Positions 1 to 10,372 of a stretch of 64,000 bases of DNA are shown here, in pieces. Each line of letters opens with the position of its first letter. Position 1 is the first letter of the stretch. Made by a program: the position numbers and the translations under genes. Under the pieces are notes generated by a model. The model was given only the letters and a program-made list of their open reading frames with translations, did not search any database and had not been told where the DNA came from. Origin of the DNA: Nitrospirota bacterium (GTDB lineage: Bacteria > Nitrospirota > UBA9217); the NCBI GenBank assembly GCA_963840455.1, contig CAWIYV010000011.1:288001-352000 (forward strand), written 5' to 3'.

Positions 1-1022
1 TTCTGGACCTCCGTGCGCTGCGAATTCTTGCGGGAACTGTTGTACCAGCCGGCGGCGATCAGCAGGAGCGCCGCGAGGACGCCGATGGGGAAGTAGATTT
101 CCGAACCTTCGAGCGGAAACAGGCCGGACAGGAGCGCCAGGCCGCCGATGGCGACGCCGGCGAGGAAAAGCTTGTCCATCACGAGGTTCGCCTGCGGGAT
201 TGCGTCGCGCTGCATCGTGAGCGACTCGATGTCCTGCGCCAGCTCCTCGGTCTTCACCATCTTCTCGCCCTGGTCGCGTTCGTGGGCGCTGATCAGGTCG
301 GGAAGGTTCTCGGGAAGCGTTTCGCAGGCCTTGAGGTTCTCGATCTCCGCCGCGAGTTCCTCCATGCGCTTCCATGCGTCCGTCATGCTCTCCAGCTTCT
401 TCGCGATCTCGCCCAGCCTGATCTTCGCGGCGTCAAGTTTGTACTCCGCGTCGGCAGCTTCCTCGGCCTTCCGCATGGTCTCGCGGAGCTCGGCGAGCCG
501 CGCTTCGTGGCCGGACGACCTCCCGGCAGGGGGTGCAGGCCTTCCCTTGGCAGCGGGCGGGTTAGCCGGCAGGTTGTGGGTCGCCTGGCCGGAGCATGCC
601 TCGCGCCGGAACGCGAACAGCCGTCCGTAGTCCTCCTCGGAGATGCCGGGCATGAGGCCCGCCATGAACTGGGAAGTCGTGTCCCAGTCCTTGTGCATGA
701 GCGTGAACTCTTTCGTGCCGGGATTGTACTTGGAAAGATTGACGGCGCGTTTCGAAAAGTCCTGGATCACCCGGTAGTAGGAGCTGTCATCCGAAAAGAC
801 CACCAGCGCGCCGCGGGAGGCGTCGGGTACGATGCGGGAGACCAGCAACTCCATCTTGCCCCGATGGTTGACCGGGTTGAGAAGGCGAATGATCGTGTCG
901 ACGGCCGTCGTCTTGCCGGCCTCGTTGCCGGCGGCGACGAAATTGAAACCGCCCTGGAACCGCACGCGCGCCAGCTCTTGAAAGCCGCGTATTCCCTGCA
1001 ACACCAGTTCCACCAGGAACAT
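1..1022 (-). CDS. SMC/Rad50-like (YhaN/AAA_27-type) ATPase with coiled coil and two TM segments; 3' end runs off the window
   Basis: Not in the ORF track. Manual translation from ATG 1022 gives MFLVELVLQGIRGFQELARVRFQGGFNFVAAGNEAGKTT (Walker A), then a coiled coil and a hydrophobic hairpin. RBS AGGAAAGGAG; promoter TTGCAC-17-TATAGT at 1088-1060. Confidence 0.8.
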   Translation of the reverse strand, partial: MFLVELVLQGIRGFQELARVRFQGGFNFVAAGNEAGKTTAVDTIIRLLNPVNHRGKMELLVSRIVPDASRGALVVFSDDSSYYRVIQDFSKRAVNLSKYNPGTKEFTLMHKDWDTTSQFMAGLMPGISEEDYGRLFAFRREACSGQATHNLPANPPAAKGRPAPPAGRSSGHEARLAELRETMRKAEEAADAEYKLDAAKIRLGEIAKKLESMTDAWKRMEELAAEIENLKACETLPENLPDLISAHERDQGEKMVKTEELAQDIESLTMQRDAIPQANLVMDKLFLAGVAIGGLALLSGLFPLEGSEIYFPIGVLAALLLIAAGWYNSSRKNSQRTEVQ

Positions 1023-1106
1023 ATCTCGTGCTCCTTTCCTGCCGTATACTTGATTGATAACTATAGCGCAAGTGAGAAAAATGTGCAACAGGGGAAATTT
1101 GTTATA

Positions 1107-2627
1107 TCACAATTTTTCAAGTGCATTCGCCAGGGCCTCGGCTTTTTCAAGGGTCTCGGCATACTCCCGCGCCGGATCGGAGTCGGCCACGATCCCTGCG
1201 CCCGTCTGGACGTAGGCGACGCCGTCCTTGATGATGAAAGTCCTGATGATGATGTTCAGGTCCAGGTCGCCGTTGTTCGCGAGATACCCCAGTGATCCGG
1301 TGTAGAGCCCGCGCGCCACAGGCTCCAGCTCGTCGATGATCTCCATACATCGCACCTTGGGCACGCCCGTGATGGTCCCGCCCGGGAACGCGGCGCGGAT
1401 GAGGTCGAAGCCGTCCCTCCCCGGCGCCAGTTCGCCCCGCACGTTCGACACGATATGGATCACGTGGGAATAGTCCTCGACCACCATCAGCTCGTCCACG
1501 GAAACGGTCCCGTAGGCGCACACCTTGCCGAGGTCGTTCCGCTCGAGGTCCAGCAGCATGATGTGCTCGGCCCGTTCCTTTTCGTTCGTCAGGAGCTCGG
1601 CGGTGAGGTCCCGCGTCTCTGAGAAGTCCCGCCCTCGCCGCCGCGTCCCCGCAATGGGCCGGGTATCGGCGATGCGCCCCGTGAGCCGCACCAGCCTCTC
1701 CGGCGAAGAGCTGACGACCGTGAGGCCGTCGAACTCGGCGTAGGCCGCAAAGGGGGAAGGATTGATCGCGCGCAGGACCGCGTAGAGACCAAGCGGATCG
1801 AGGCCGCCGATCACCGCCGAGAACCGCTGGGACAGGTTCGCCTGGTAGATGTCGCCGGCCGCGATGTACTCCTTGCATCGCCGCACCATGGACTCGAAGC
1901 GTTGCTGCGTCAAAGAAGGCTCGAGGCGGACACGGGGGGATGCGCTCTGCTCCGGCAAGGACCGATGACCGGCACGTGCTACAAGCTTTTCGGCGGCTCC
2001 TGTCAGCCGCTCCGCCGCCTCATCGTACAATCTCCCCCACTGGTCCGGCTCGGGTTTCCGGAAGCCCATCTCCTGCTCCCGCGCCCCGGGGTTCACGATC
2101 ACCCATACCCTGCCCGCCAGGTGGTCGAAGGCGACCACCAGGTCCACGAACAGGAAGCACGCCTCGGGGGTCCCGAGGTCGTCCAGTGCCGTCCGCGGAA
2201 GCTTTTCGATCTGGTGGACGAACTCGTATGAGAAGAAGCCCACGGCCCCTCCCGTGAAGGGAGGCAGTCCCTCAACTCGCTCCGTGCGGTAGTTCGCCAT
2301 CAGTTCGCGGAGCTTCGGGAGCGGCTTACGCTTCAGAGAGGCGCGTTTGCCGTATTTGCCCTGCGGGGCTACCGTCCAATTCAGGTCCACCGTATCACCG
2401 TGTGACCGGAAGATGAGGTAGGGGTCCGCGGTCACGAAGGAGTACTGTCCCGTTCTCCCGTTGACCCGGGCGCTCTCCAGGAGCACGGGATGACCGAGCG
2501 GACGCAGGGCGTGCACGGCGGAAAGCGGCGTGACCGCAGCCACGTCAAGCTCTGCATGCAGCGGAATGATCCTGCCGTTACTTACCGCGGTCAGGAACTC
2601 TTCCCGTGATGGCGTGATCTTCTTCAT
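1107..2627 (-). CDS. Anthranilate synthase component I / aminodeoxychorismate synthase (TrpE/PabB family)
   Basis: Motifs LLESA, FTGGAVG, GDIYQANLS, SSSPERL, PIAGT, EHIMLLDLERNDL, FPGGTITGVPK, GAGIVADS. Start uncertain (2627 or 2648). Confidence 0.92.
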   Translation of the reverse strand: MKKITPSREEFLTAVSNGRIIPLHAELDVAAVTPLSAVHALRPLGHPVLLESARVNGRTGQYSFVTADPYLIFRSHGDTVDLNWTVAPQGKYGKRASLKRKPLPKLRELMANYRTERVEGLPPFTGGAVGFFSYEFVHQIEKLPRTALDDLGTPEACFLFVDLVVAFDHLAGRVWVIVNPGAREQEMGFRKPEPDQWGRLYDEAAERLTGAAEKLVARAGHRSLPEQSASPRVRLEPSLTQQRFESMVRRCKEYIAAGDIYQANLSQRFSAVIGGLDPLGLYAVLRAINPSPFAAYAEFDGLTVVSSSPERLVRLTGRIADTRPIAGTRRRGRDFSETRDLTAELLTNEKERAEHIMLLDLERNDLGKVCAYGTVSVDELMVVEDYSHVIHIVSNVRGELAPGRDGFDLIRAAFPGGTITGVPKVRCMEIIDELEPVARGLYTGSLGYLANNGDLDLNIIIRTFIIKDGVAYVQTGAGIVADSDPAREYAETLEKAEALANALEKL

Positions 2628-2689
2628 ACAATCAGCAGTTATCAACATCCTCTGCGAAGAACAGGATATCTGCCCGATAAAGTTAAAAA

Positions 2690-2718
2690 AGTGTAGACAC
2701 AATTCCCGGGGGGGTCAA
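2690..2718 (-). promoter_or_regulatory. sigma70 promoter of the trpE/pabB-family gene
   Basis: TTGACC-17 bp-TACACT on the minus strand. Confidence 0.65.
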
Positions 2719-2761
2719 GGAATATTTATTTAAGAATTATTCTTATGAACTTGACAGGGTG

Positions 2762-2770
2762 TGCTATACT
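2762..2770 (+). promoter_or_regulatory. Extended -10 promoter for the putative ncRNA
   Basis: TGcTATACT; the nearby TTGACA at 2751 is not at canonical spacing. Confidence 0.5.
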
Positions 2771-2808
2771 ATGTTCAGGAAGAGAGCAGAGCAGAATCCC
2801 GGTCTTTG

Positions 2809-3143
2809 AAATAGACAAGTGAAAGAGGCGTTGCCGAACCAACACCCTAGCGTGTATATAGGTAACCCGTTAAAAGGGGAATAAAGCAGCGGAAGAACGG
2901 ATACCGAAGCCGGAAAGCGGACCGCAATTTGAGCGGTAAGACTGCCGGTATGGGTTCCACGGGTCCGCAAAGCCGTATTAGCTGATATCCCCGAAGCCCC
3001 GGCGTGGCGGGAGTTAAGCAGCATGCTTCACCGGTCCTGCAGGGCAGGACCATCGAAGTGGTCGTAGAGTACCCCGAGCCGCCGGGACTCAACGGAATGC
3101 AACCAATCGGTTCGGTGGCAACGCCTTTTTTATTTGTCTATTT
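2809..3143 (+). ncRNA. Putative large structured non-coding RNA of unassigned class
   Basis: 2809-2835 pairs fully with 3117-3143 (27 bp, 3 G-U), extended by GAACC/GGTTC. Several internal hairpins, an upstream promoter, a U-tract in the 3' arm, and no credible ORF. Confidence 0.75.
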
Positions 3144-3173
3144 TCTTCTCACTGTTCCACATCCCTCATGCAT

Positions 3174-3202
3174 TTGACAGCCGCCGCTTCTCCTGCTATC
3201 AT
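3174..3202 (+). promoter_or_regulatory. sigma70 promoter of glgC
   Basis: TTGACA-17 bp-TATCAT. Confidence 0.75.
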
Positions 3203-3247
3203 TTTTTTGTTACTTTCTGATATTCCCTATACGGCTAAGGAAGAACC

Positions 3248-4498
<1,251 letters not shown>

Positions 4499-4536
4499 AG
4501 CTCACCAACCCCTGCATCACCCGCTTCACGTGATCC

Positions 4537-5907
4537 TCACTTCGACAGCCCCAGCTTCTTCCTCAGCGTCAGCCGGTTGATGCCCAGCAGGCGCGCCGCC
4601 TCGGACTGATTCTCCCGCGCATGCGCAAGCGCGTATTCCAGGAGATGTTTGTCGACCTCGGCGTGCACCTTTTCATAAAGGTTCTTCTCCTTCCGCTGCA
4701 GCGCATCCTTCACAAAGGGGACCACCGCAGATGCAAGGGCGCCCGCGTGCCCCTGCTCCGGCCTCGTGAGGGAATGGGCGCCCAGGTCCCTGAGCTCATA
4801 GGTGGTGAGATACTCGGTCTTGCACAGTGCGATGGCGGAGCGGAGCGTATTCTCGAGCTCGCGGATGTTGCCGGGCCAGTCATAGGCAAGCAGGCCGTCG
4901 AGGAACGCCCTGGTCACGCCCTTGATCGCTTTCTGCGCCGTGTGGGCGTGCCGGTAGAACAGGCACTGCACCAGCGGGGCGATGTCCTTCTTCCGCTCCC
5001 GGAGCGGCGGGACATGGATCGACGCAACGCGCAGCCGATGGTACAGGTCCTCCCGGAACTTCCCCTCCCGCACCATGGCGGCCAGGTCCCGGTTCGTCGC
5101 CGAGATCACCCGGACGTTCACCTGCACCTCCTTCGTGCTCCCCACGGGATAGAAGGACTGCGTTTGCAGGAACCGGAGGAGCTTCCCCTGGAGCGGCAGC
5201 GGCAGTTCCCCCACCTCGTCGAAGAACACGCATCCGTTGTCGGCGGTCCTGAGCATGCCCTCCTTCGACGCCACGGCGCCGGTAAAGGCGCCGCGCTCGT
5301 AGCCGAAGAGCTCGGATTCGAGCAGCGCCTCGGGCACGGCCGCAGAGTTGATCACCACGAAGGGCTTGCCGAACCGGGACGACAGCTGGGCGATGGCCTC
5401 GGCCACCAGTTCCTTCCCGGTTCCCGTCTCTCCGGTGACCAGCACGGGCACCTCCACCTGGGCGATGCGCGCCACCTTCTCGCAGAGGCTCATGATCAGC
5501 GTCGAACGGCCGACGATGACACATGTTGCCGCAGGCGCGATGAGGTCCTTATCGATCAGGACCACATGCGCCATTTCCGCCCGCAGGTCATTGAGCTCGG
5601 TCAGGACCCGATCGATCCGCTCCTTGTGGAGCGGGCGCCGCATGATCTCGTAAGCCCCGAAGGTCGCGGCCTCCATGACCGGCCCGGTCCGCTCCTGCTC
5701 CGTAAGCGCGATGACAAAGGTCTTTCCAGCATATTCCCGTACCTGCTCTGCTCCGGCGGTATCGATGTCGACGAACACGAACGGTCCGCCACCCTCCGCC
5801 GCTGCCGGCCCGGGCTTGGCAATGACGACCTTGTAGCCCTTTGGAAGCAGCTGCGGGAACTCCCTGGCGAGAATGTGGTCCGACGTTACGAGCAGCATGG
5901 TCTGCAT
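4537..5907 (-). CDS. sigma54-dependent activator (atypical receiver-like domain, AAA+, Fis HTH)
   Basis: GETGTGKE, ESELFG, GAFTGA, FFDEVGE, FREDLYHRL, WPGNIREL; C-terminal NQSEAARLLGINR. Confidence 0.93.
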   Translation of the reverse strand: MQTMLLVTSDHILAREFPQLLPKGYKVVIAKPGPAAAEGGGPFVFVDIDTAGAEQVREYAGKTFVIALTEQERTGPVMEAATFGAYEIMRRPLHKERIDRVLTELNDLRAEMAHVVLIDKDLIAPAATCVIVGRSTLIMSLCEKVARIAQVEVPVLVTGETGTGKELVAEAIAQLSSRFGKPFVVINSAAVPEALLESELFGYERGAFTGAVASKEGMLRTADNGCVFFDEVGELPLPLQGKLLRFLQTQSFYPVGSTKEVQVNVRVISATNRDLAAMVREGKFREDLYHRLRVASIHVPPLRERKKDIAPLVQCLFYRHAHTAQKAIKGVTRAFLDGLLAYDWPGNIRELENTLRSAIALCKTEYLTTYELRDLGAHSLTRPEQGHAGALASAVVPFVKDALQRKEKNLYEKVHAEVDKHLLEYALAHARENQSEAARLLGINRLTLRKKLGLSK

Positions 5908-6006
5908 AAGAACACCTCTGTATATTTAATAAACAACTTGTATACATATAAACCACAAGGACTGTCCTGTCAATGGGAAACGCCCGATTTCCTGCCCTTT
6001 TCGCCC

Positions 6007-6022
6007 TGGCACGAGGCTTGCT
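6007..6022 (+). promoter_or_regulatory. sigma54 -24/-12 promoter of the sulfur cluster
   Basis: TGGCAC-GAGGC-TTGCT matches consensus. AT-rich TGT-N11-ACA element at 5919-5935 is a candidate activator site. Confidence 0.85.
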
Positions 6023-6130
6023 ATATATCCGGCGAGAACAGCGATAGCGCGTGGCAGGTCTTTTCTCTCCCCTTGGACCTGCCCCGCGCCTTTCGCCTGA
6101 TCCTTATCGCATCCTGCGAGGTGAACAGTC

Positions 6131-7288
6131 ATGAGCGAACTTGCCATCGAAAGAAAAGTGGATCTCGACGAGCTCAAGCGTGTCGGCATTATTGCGCAGA
6201 ACCAGAAGGACACCTACCTTATCCGGCTCAGGACCGTGGGCGGCGATTTGGGCGCTGATGAGCTAAAGACTATTACCCGCGTGGCAGAAAAGTACGGCCG
6301 CGGCGAGGTCCACCTCACGACGCGCCAGGCCGTGGAGATCCCCTTCGTGCATATCGATGATCTCGAAGCGGCGCGCACTGAGCTCGAGGAGAACGGCATC
6401 GTGCTCGGCGTATGCGGCCCACGGGGCCGCGGCATCGTGACCTGCCCTGGCACGGCGGTCTGCACATCGGCCATCATGGAGACCAAGGAGCTGGCCGCGG
6501 AGCTCGACAGCGCCTACTTCCGCCAGCCCGCTCCGCACAAGTTCAAGATCGGCGTCTCGGGCTGCCCGAACAGCTGCTCCAAGCCCATCGAGAACGACAT
6601 CGGCGTCATGGGCGGCGTCCTGCCCGGATGGGACAGGGACGCCTGCATCTCCTGCCGGCTCTGCGTCAGCATCTGCCCGGTCAATGCCATTGAGGAGAAG
6701 GACTCGGCGTTCGTCCTGAACGAGAAGAAGTGCATCTACTGCGGCCTTTGCATCAAGAACTGCTCGACCTCGGCATGGACAGCGAAGCAGACCGGCTACA
6801 CCCTGTTCCTTGGCGGCACCTTGGGCAAGAAGCCCAGGCTCGGCACGCGGGCGAAGGTCCTGATCGAAACAAAAGAAGAGCTCCTCGGGCATATTGAGAG
6901 CGCCTTCAAGTTCTATCTAGCGCACGGGAAGAAGAAGGAGCGCTTTGGCCACACCCTGGACCGCATCGGCGTTGACAAGGCCATAGCCGATATCTTTTCT
7001 AAAAAGGGCGGGGCTAATACCTCGGCTGACGCGCCACAGACCGCCTGCGGGCCGAAGAGCGCATTCCTCGACCTCCTCGGCGTCTGCTGCCCCATGAACT
7101 TCGTGCGAGCAAAGCTCGCCATCGAGAAGATAGATCCCGGCGAACGGCTCGAGATCCTGCTCGACGATGGAGAACCGATCGTCAACGTGAGCAGGAGTCT
7201 GAAGGACGAGGGGCACCGGGTCCTGAAGGTGGAGCCGGAGAACGGCCACTTCCGGCTGCTGGTAGAAAAACGGCAAGCATACGCATGA
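6131..7288 (+). CDS. Sulfite/nitrite reductase-like protein with 2[4Fe-4S] ferredoxin and C-terminal TusA-like domain
   Basis: HLTTRQ, TCPGTAVC, KFKIGVSGCPNSC (siroheme/FeS ligands), two CxxCxxCxxxC motifs; C-terminal LDLLGVCCPMNFVRAKLAIEK...LEILLDD. Confidence 0.85.
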   Translation: MSELAIERKVDLDELKRVGIIAQNQKDTYLIRLRTVGGDLGADELKTITRVAEKYGRGEVHLTTRQAVEIPFVHIDDLEAARTELEENGIVLGVCGPRGRGIVTCPGTAVCTSAIMETKELAAELDSAYFRQPAPHKFKIGVSGCPNSCSKPIENDIGVMGGVLPGWDRDACISCRLCVSICPVNAIEEKDSAFVLNEKKCIYCGLCIKNCSTSAWTAKQTGYTLFLGGTLGKKPRLGTRAKVLIETKEELLGHIESAFKFYLAHGKKKERFGHTLDRIGVDKAIADIFSKKGGANTSADAPQTACGPKSAFLDLLGVCCPMNFVRAKLAIEKIDPGERLEILLDDGEPIVNVSRSLKDEGHRVLKVEPENGHFRLLVEKRQAYA

Positions 7289-7620
7289 TAAAAAGACGAT
7301 GGACAGCGAAGGATGCATTCTTGCCGCGGAAGCAGGAAGAGACTGACGATCCGGAGATACCCATGAAACGCCGGCTGTTCCTGTCCGGGAGCAATGCGGT
7401 CCGCCTGTTGTCAAACCTGCGCGCCGGGACAGGAATCTTCGTGCTGGCCAATGACGTGGACCGGACCCGTCGGTAAGGACCGTAGTGCGTATGTGGGCCG
7501 TGTCCTGAGGCGAGGAGGAGGTGCCGACCATTGTGCTGATACAAGCGGGAGCGCAGATGCCCTTCCTTATATAAATGGGTCTTCTCCTTCGCAAGTGGGT
7601 CGAGTATGCACGGCGATGAC

Positions 7621-7815
7621 TTTTTCTGCACCCCGGCTCACAGGTCCGCGCAGGCATGCACTGCCGGTTCTGATACCAGGTCTATTCAGGCATCGCAGCT
7701 CTTCCCCTCGCCCGGCACAGCCGGGCTCGGCCGTGTCTGCCTGTCTTCGTGGTGGCACTGGCTATTACTGCTTCCGCATGCGTGTGCGTGGACCTGTTCA
7801 CGGGATGCAGGGGCC
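7621..7815. repeat. Palindromic repeat module M1, copy 1
   Basis: Homologous to 44923-45115; ends CTGCACCCC...GGGATGCAG; long imperfect fold-back. Confidence 0.85.
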
Positions 7816-7850
7816 TTGGGAAAGGCAGAAGCTTGAGGCTTTACCCAAAC

Positions 7851-8025
7851 CCCGCACGTCTCTGGAGCGGACCTATGCGTTTCTTGGGCACCCATCTTGG
7901 CCTAAGGCCGCGTCCCGCAGGGCGATGCGCATGTTCGAGGCCGACGGCCGAGTTTGCGCGATCGAGCGGACGTGGCCTTAGATGGGTCAAGAAAGGCATT
8001 AAGGACGCGAAAGAGATGTGCAAAA
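7851..8025. repeat. Palindromic repeat module M2, copy 1
   Basis: Homologous to 48700-48990 and 59937-60115 (CCCGCACGTC...CTTGGCCTA...GAGCGGACGTGGCCTTA). Confidence 0.85.
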
Positions 8026-8227
8026 ACATCCACAAGCAACCAGACACAATTGTCAGACACGTACTGCTCTAACAGACAAAGAGCTGTCATTTCACCCACT
8101 CAATAAGGAGAGGATCCTTATAAATCATCTAAACTCCTATACTCCGCGACGGTCCCTGTCGACCTTCCTCGATCGATCGTGTATTATGGTATATTCAATG
8201 ACAGGCGACCGGGTCGGGGGAGATGCT

Positions 8228-9388
8228 GTGGACGTCTATCTGGACAATAACGCTTCGACGAGGTTGGCTCCGGAGGTACTGGAGGCCATGCTGCCCTATC
8301 TGCGGGATCAGTACGGCAATGCCTCTTCCGCCCACTCACGGGGCCGGGAAGCGAAGAAGGCATTGGACCGCTCCCGGGAGACGCTTGCCCGCGTGCTCGG
8401 CGCATCGCAAGCAGAGTGCATCTGCTTCACCGGTTCGGGCACGGAGGCGATCAACCTGGCCATCAAGGGGGCCGCGTCCGCCCGGCGCGGGAAAGGGAAC
8501 CACATTGTCACGTCTGCCGTCGAGCATCCCGCGGTGCTGAATACCTGCAAAGCGATCCGGCCGCTCGGGTACGAAGTGACCTATGTGAAACCCGATTCGA
8601 CCGGCCGGGTCGCCGCCGGCTCCGTTGCCGAGGCGCTGAGGGCCGACACGATTCTGGTGTCGATCATGCAGGCCAATAACGAGACCGGGACCATTAATCC
8701 CGTCCGGGAGATCGGAACAATAGCGAAGGAGCGGAACGTCCTTTTTCATACCGACGCGGTTCAGAGCTTCTGCAGGCTTCCCGTCACCGTGGACGATCTG
8801 CACGTGGACCTGCTGTCGATATCGGCCCACAAGGTCCACGGCCCCAAGGGCGTGGGCGCGCTCTATATCCGGGAGGGGATCACGATCCATCCCCTGATCC
8901 ATGGCGGACGTCACGAGGGTAACCTTCGCGCCGGCACCGAGAACGTTGCGGGGATCGCCGGCATGGGCGAGGCAGTGCGGCTCAGCTGGCCGGCCCTGGA
9001 GAGGAACGGCCGCCGGATGAAGGCGCTCCGGGACAGGCTGGAGCATGGCCTGCGGGAGCGGGTCTCCGGCGTGACGCTCAACGGCCACCCGGACGAGAGG
9101 CTTCCCAATACGGTGAACCTGTCCTTCGAGAACATCGAGGCCCAGGCCTGCATCCTCGAGCTGGACCGCAGGGGAGTGGCGGTCTCGTCGGGATCGGCGT
9201 GCACCTCAGGCTCGGGTAAACCTTCCCACGTGCTTCTGGCCATGGGTATTCCCTGCGAGGCCTGCCGCGGTTCCCTCCGTTTTTCCCTGGGGACATTGAC
9301 CACCGACGAGGAGATCGATTACGTTCTTGAGATCGTGCCCGACGTCGTTTCGAAGCTGAGGGCCGCTTCGACCGCCGCAACAGCGTAA
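8228..9388 (+). CDS. Cysteine desulfurase, group I (NifS/IscS family)
   Basis: YLDNNAST, YGNASS, ANNETG, FHTDAVQ, SAHKVHGPKG, RAGTENV, SSGSACTS. GTG start at 8228 after GGGGAG. Confidence 0.95.
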   Translation: MDVYLDNNASTRLAPEVLEAMLPYLRDQYGNASSAHSRGREAKKALDRSRETLARVLGASQAECICFTGSGTEAINLAIKGAASARRGKGNHIVTSAVEHPAVLNTCKAIRPLGYEVTYVKPDSTGRVAAGSVAEALRADTILVSIMQANNETGTINPVREIGTIAKERNVLFHTDAVQSFCRLPVTVDDLHVDLLSISAHKVHGPKGVGALYIREGITIHPLIHGGRHEGNLRAGTENVAGIAGMGEAVRLSWPALERNGRRMKALRDRLEHGLRERVSGVTLNGHPDERLPNTVNLSFENIEAQACILELDRRGVAVSSGSACTSGSGKPSHVLLAMGIPCEACRGSLRFSLGTLTTDEEIDYVLEIVPDVVSKLRAASTAATA

Positions 9389-9437
9389 ACGACGTTGATG
9401 AGATTGTCTTTTTCTCCTGGTATCATGCCTTCCACGT

Positions 9438-10367
9438 ATGAAGCCATCGTCACCTGAGAGGCGCAAGGCGCCAGCTGTATCGGCCCTGGACCTGATCGGC
9501 AATACGCCGCTCGTCCGGATCAGTAAGCTCGCCGCCCATCTCAACCCGGAAGTCCGTGTCTTTGCCAAGCTCGAGCGCGGTAACCCCGGCGGCTCAATCA
9601 AGGACCGCGCCGCCTTCCGCATGATCGAGGACGCCGAGGCTTCGGTCCTCCTGACCCATGACAGGGTCATCCTGGACTCCTCATCGGGCAACACCGGCAT
9701 CGCCTACGCCATGATCGGCGCGGTGAAAGGCTACCGCGTCAAGATCGTGATCCCCGAGAACGCCAGCGTCGAACGGAAGAAGATCATAGCCGGGTTCGGA
9801 GCGGAGCTGGTCTTCTCCAGCCCCTTCGAAGGCGCTGACGGCGCCATCAGGCTGGCAAAGGAGATCATCGAGGAGCACCCGGACCGCTACTTCCAGCCCG
9901 ACCAGTACAACAACCCCTCGAACCCGAAGGCCCATGAGCTCACCACCGGCCCCGAGGTCATCAGGCAGACCAACGGCAGCGTCACCCATTTCATCGCCTG
10001 CGTCGGAACCGGCGGCACGATCATGGGAACGGGACGTGCGCTCAGGAAGTTCGACCCCGCCATACGGGTCCTCTCCGTCCATCCCGACGACGCCATGCAC
10101 GGCATCGAAGGCACGAAGTACCTCGAAGAAGGCGCCATCGTGCCGGGTATCTTCGATAAGAACTTTCCCGACGAGCGGCTCATCGTTGGCACCGACGCGG
10201 CCTTCGACATGACGAAACGGCTGGCGTGCGAGGAAGGTCTGTTCGTGGGCACATCATCGGGCGCTGCACTTGCAGCGTCGCTGAGAGTCGCGGAAAAGCT
10301 GAAGCAGGGCGTTATTGTCGTACTGTTCCCCGACGGCGGGGATCGGTATTTGAGCAGGGAGATCTGA
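9438..10367 (+). CDS. cysM: Cysteine synthase (CysM-like, PLP-dependent)
   Basis: IGNTPLV, NPGGSIKDR, SSSGNTG, GTGGT, GTSSGA, FPDGGDRYLS. Confidence 0.88.
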   Translation: MKPSSPERRKAPAVSALDLIGNTPLVRISKLAAHLNPEVRVFAKLERGNPGGSIKDRAAFRMIEDAEASVLLTHDRVILDSSSGNTGIAYAMIGAVKGYRVKIVIPENASVERKKIIAGFGAELVFSSPFEGADGAIRLAKEIIEEHPDRYFQPDQYNNPSNPKAHELTTGPEVIRQTNGSVTHFIACVGTGGTIMGTGRALRKFDPAIRVLSVHPDDAMHGIEGTKYLEEGAIVPGIFDKNFPDERLIVGTDAAFDMTKRLACEEGLFVGTSSGAALAASLRVAEKLKQGVIVVLFPDGGDRYLSREI

Positions 10368-10372
10368 AGACC

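Noticed and set aside
2855-2950. Cobalamin riboswitch (AGGT...AAAAGGGGAA...AAGACTGCC)
   Set aside because: Lacks the GGTGxAAxTCC hairpin and P1 pairing; flanking genes are unrelated to B12; glgC has its own promoter
2764-3092. Short minus-strand ORFs (86 and 81 aa)
   Set aside because: No RBS, no recognisable motif; antisense to the structured element
2809-3143. MITE or retron msr-msd interpretation of the terminal inverted repeat
   Set aside because: Mismatches are strand-specific G-U pairs, single copy in the window, no target duplication seen, no reverse transcriptase nearby
7285-7476. 63-aa ORF as the missing ThiS/CysO sulfur carrier
   Set aside because: No C-terminal GG motif or beta-grasp pattern; coding status unsupported
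7394-8072. ORFs over the repeat modules (also 44835-45434, 59584-59991)
   Set aside because: Frames are not conserved between repeat copies
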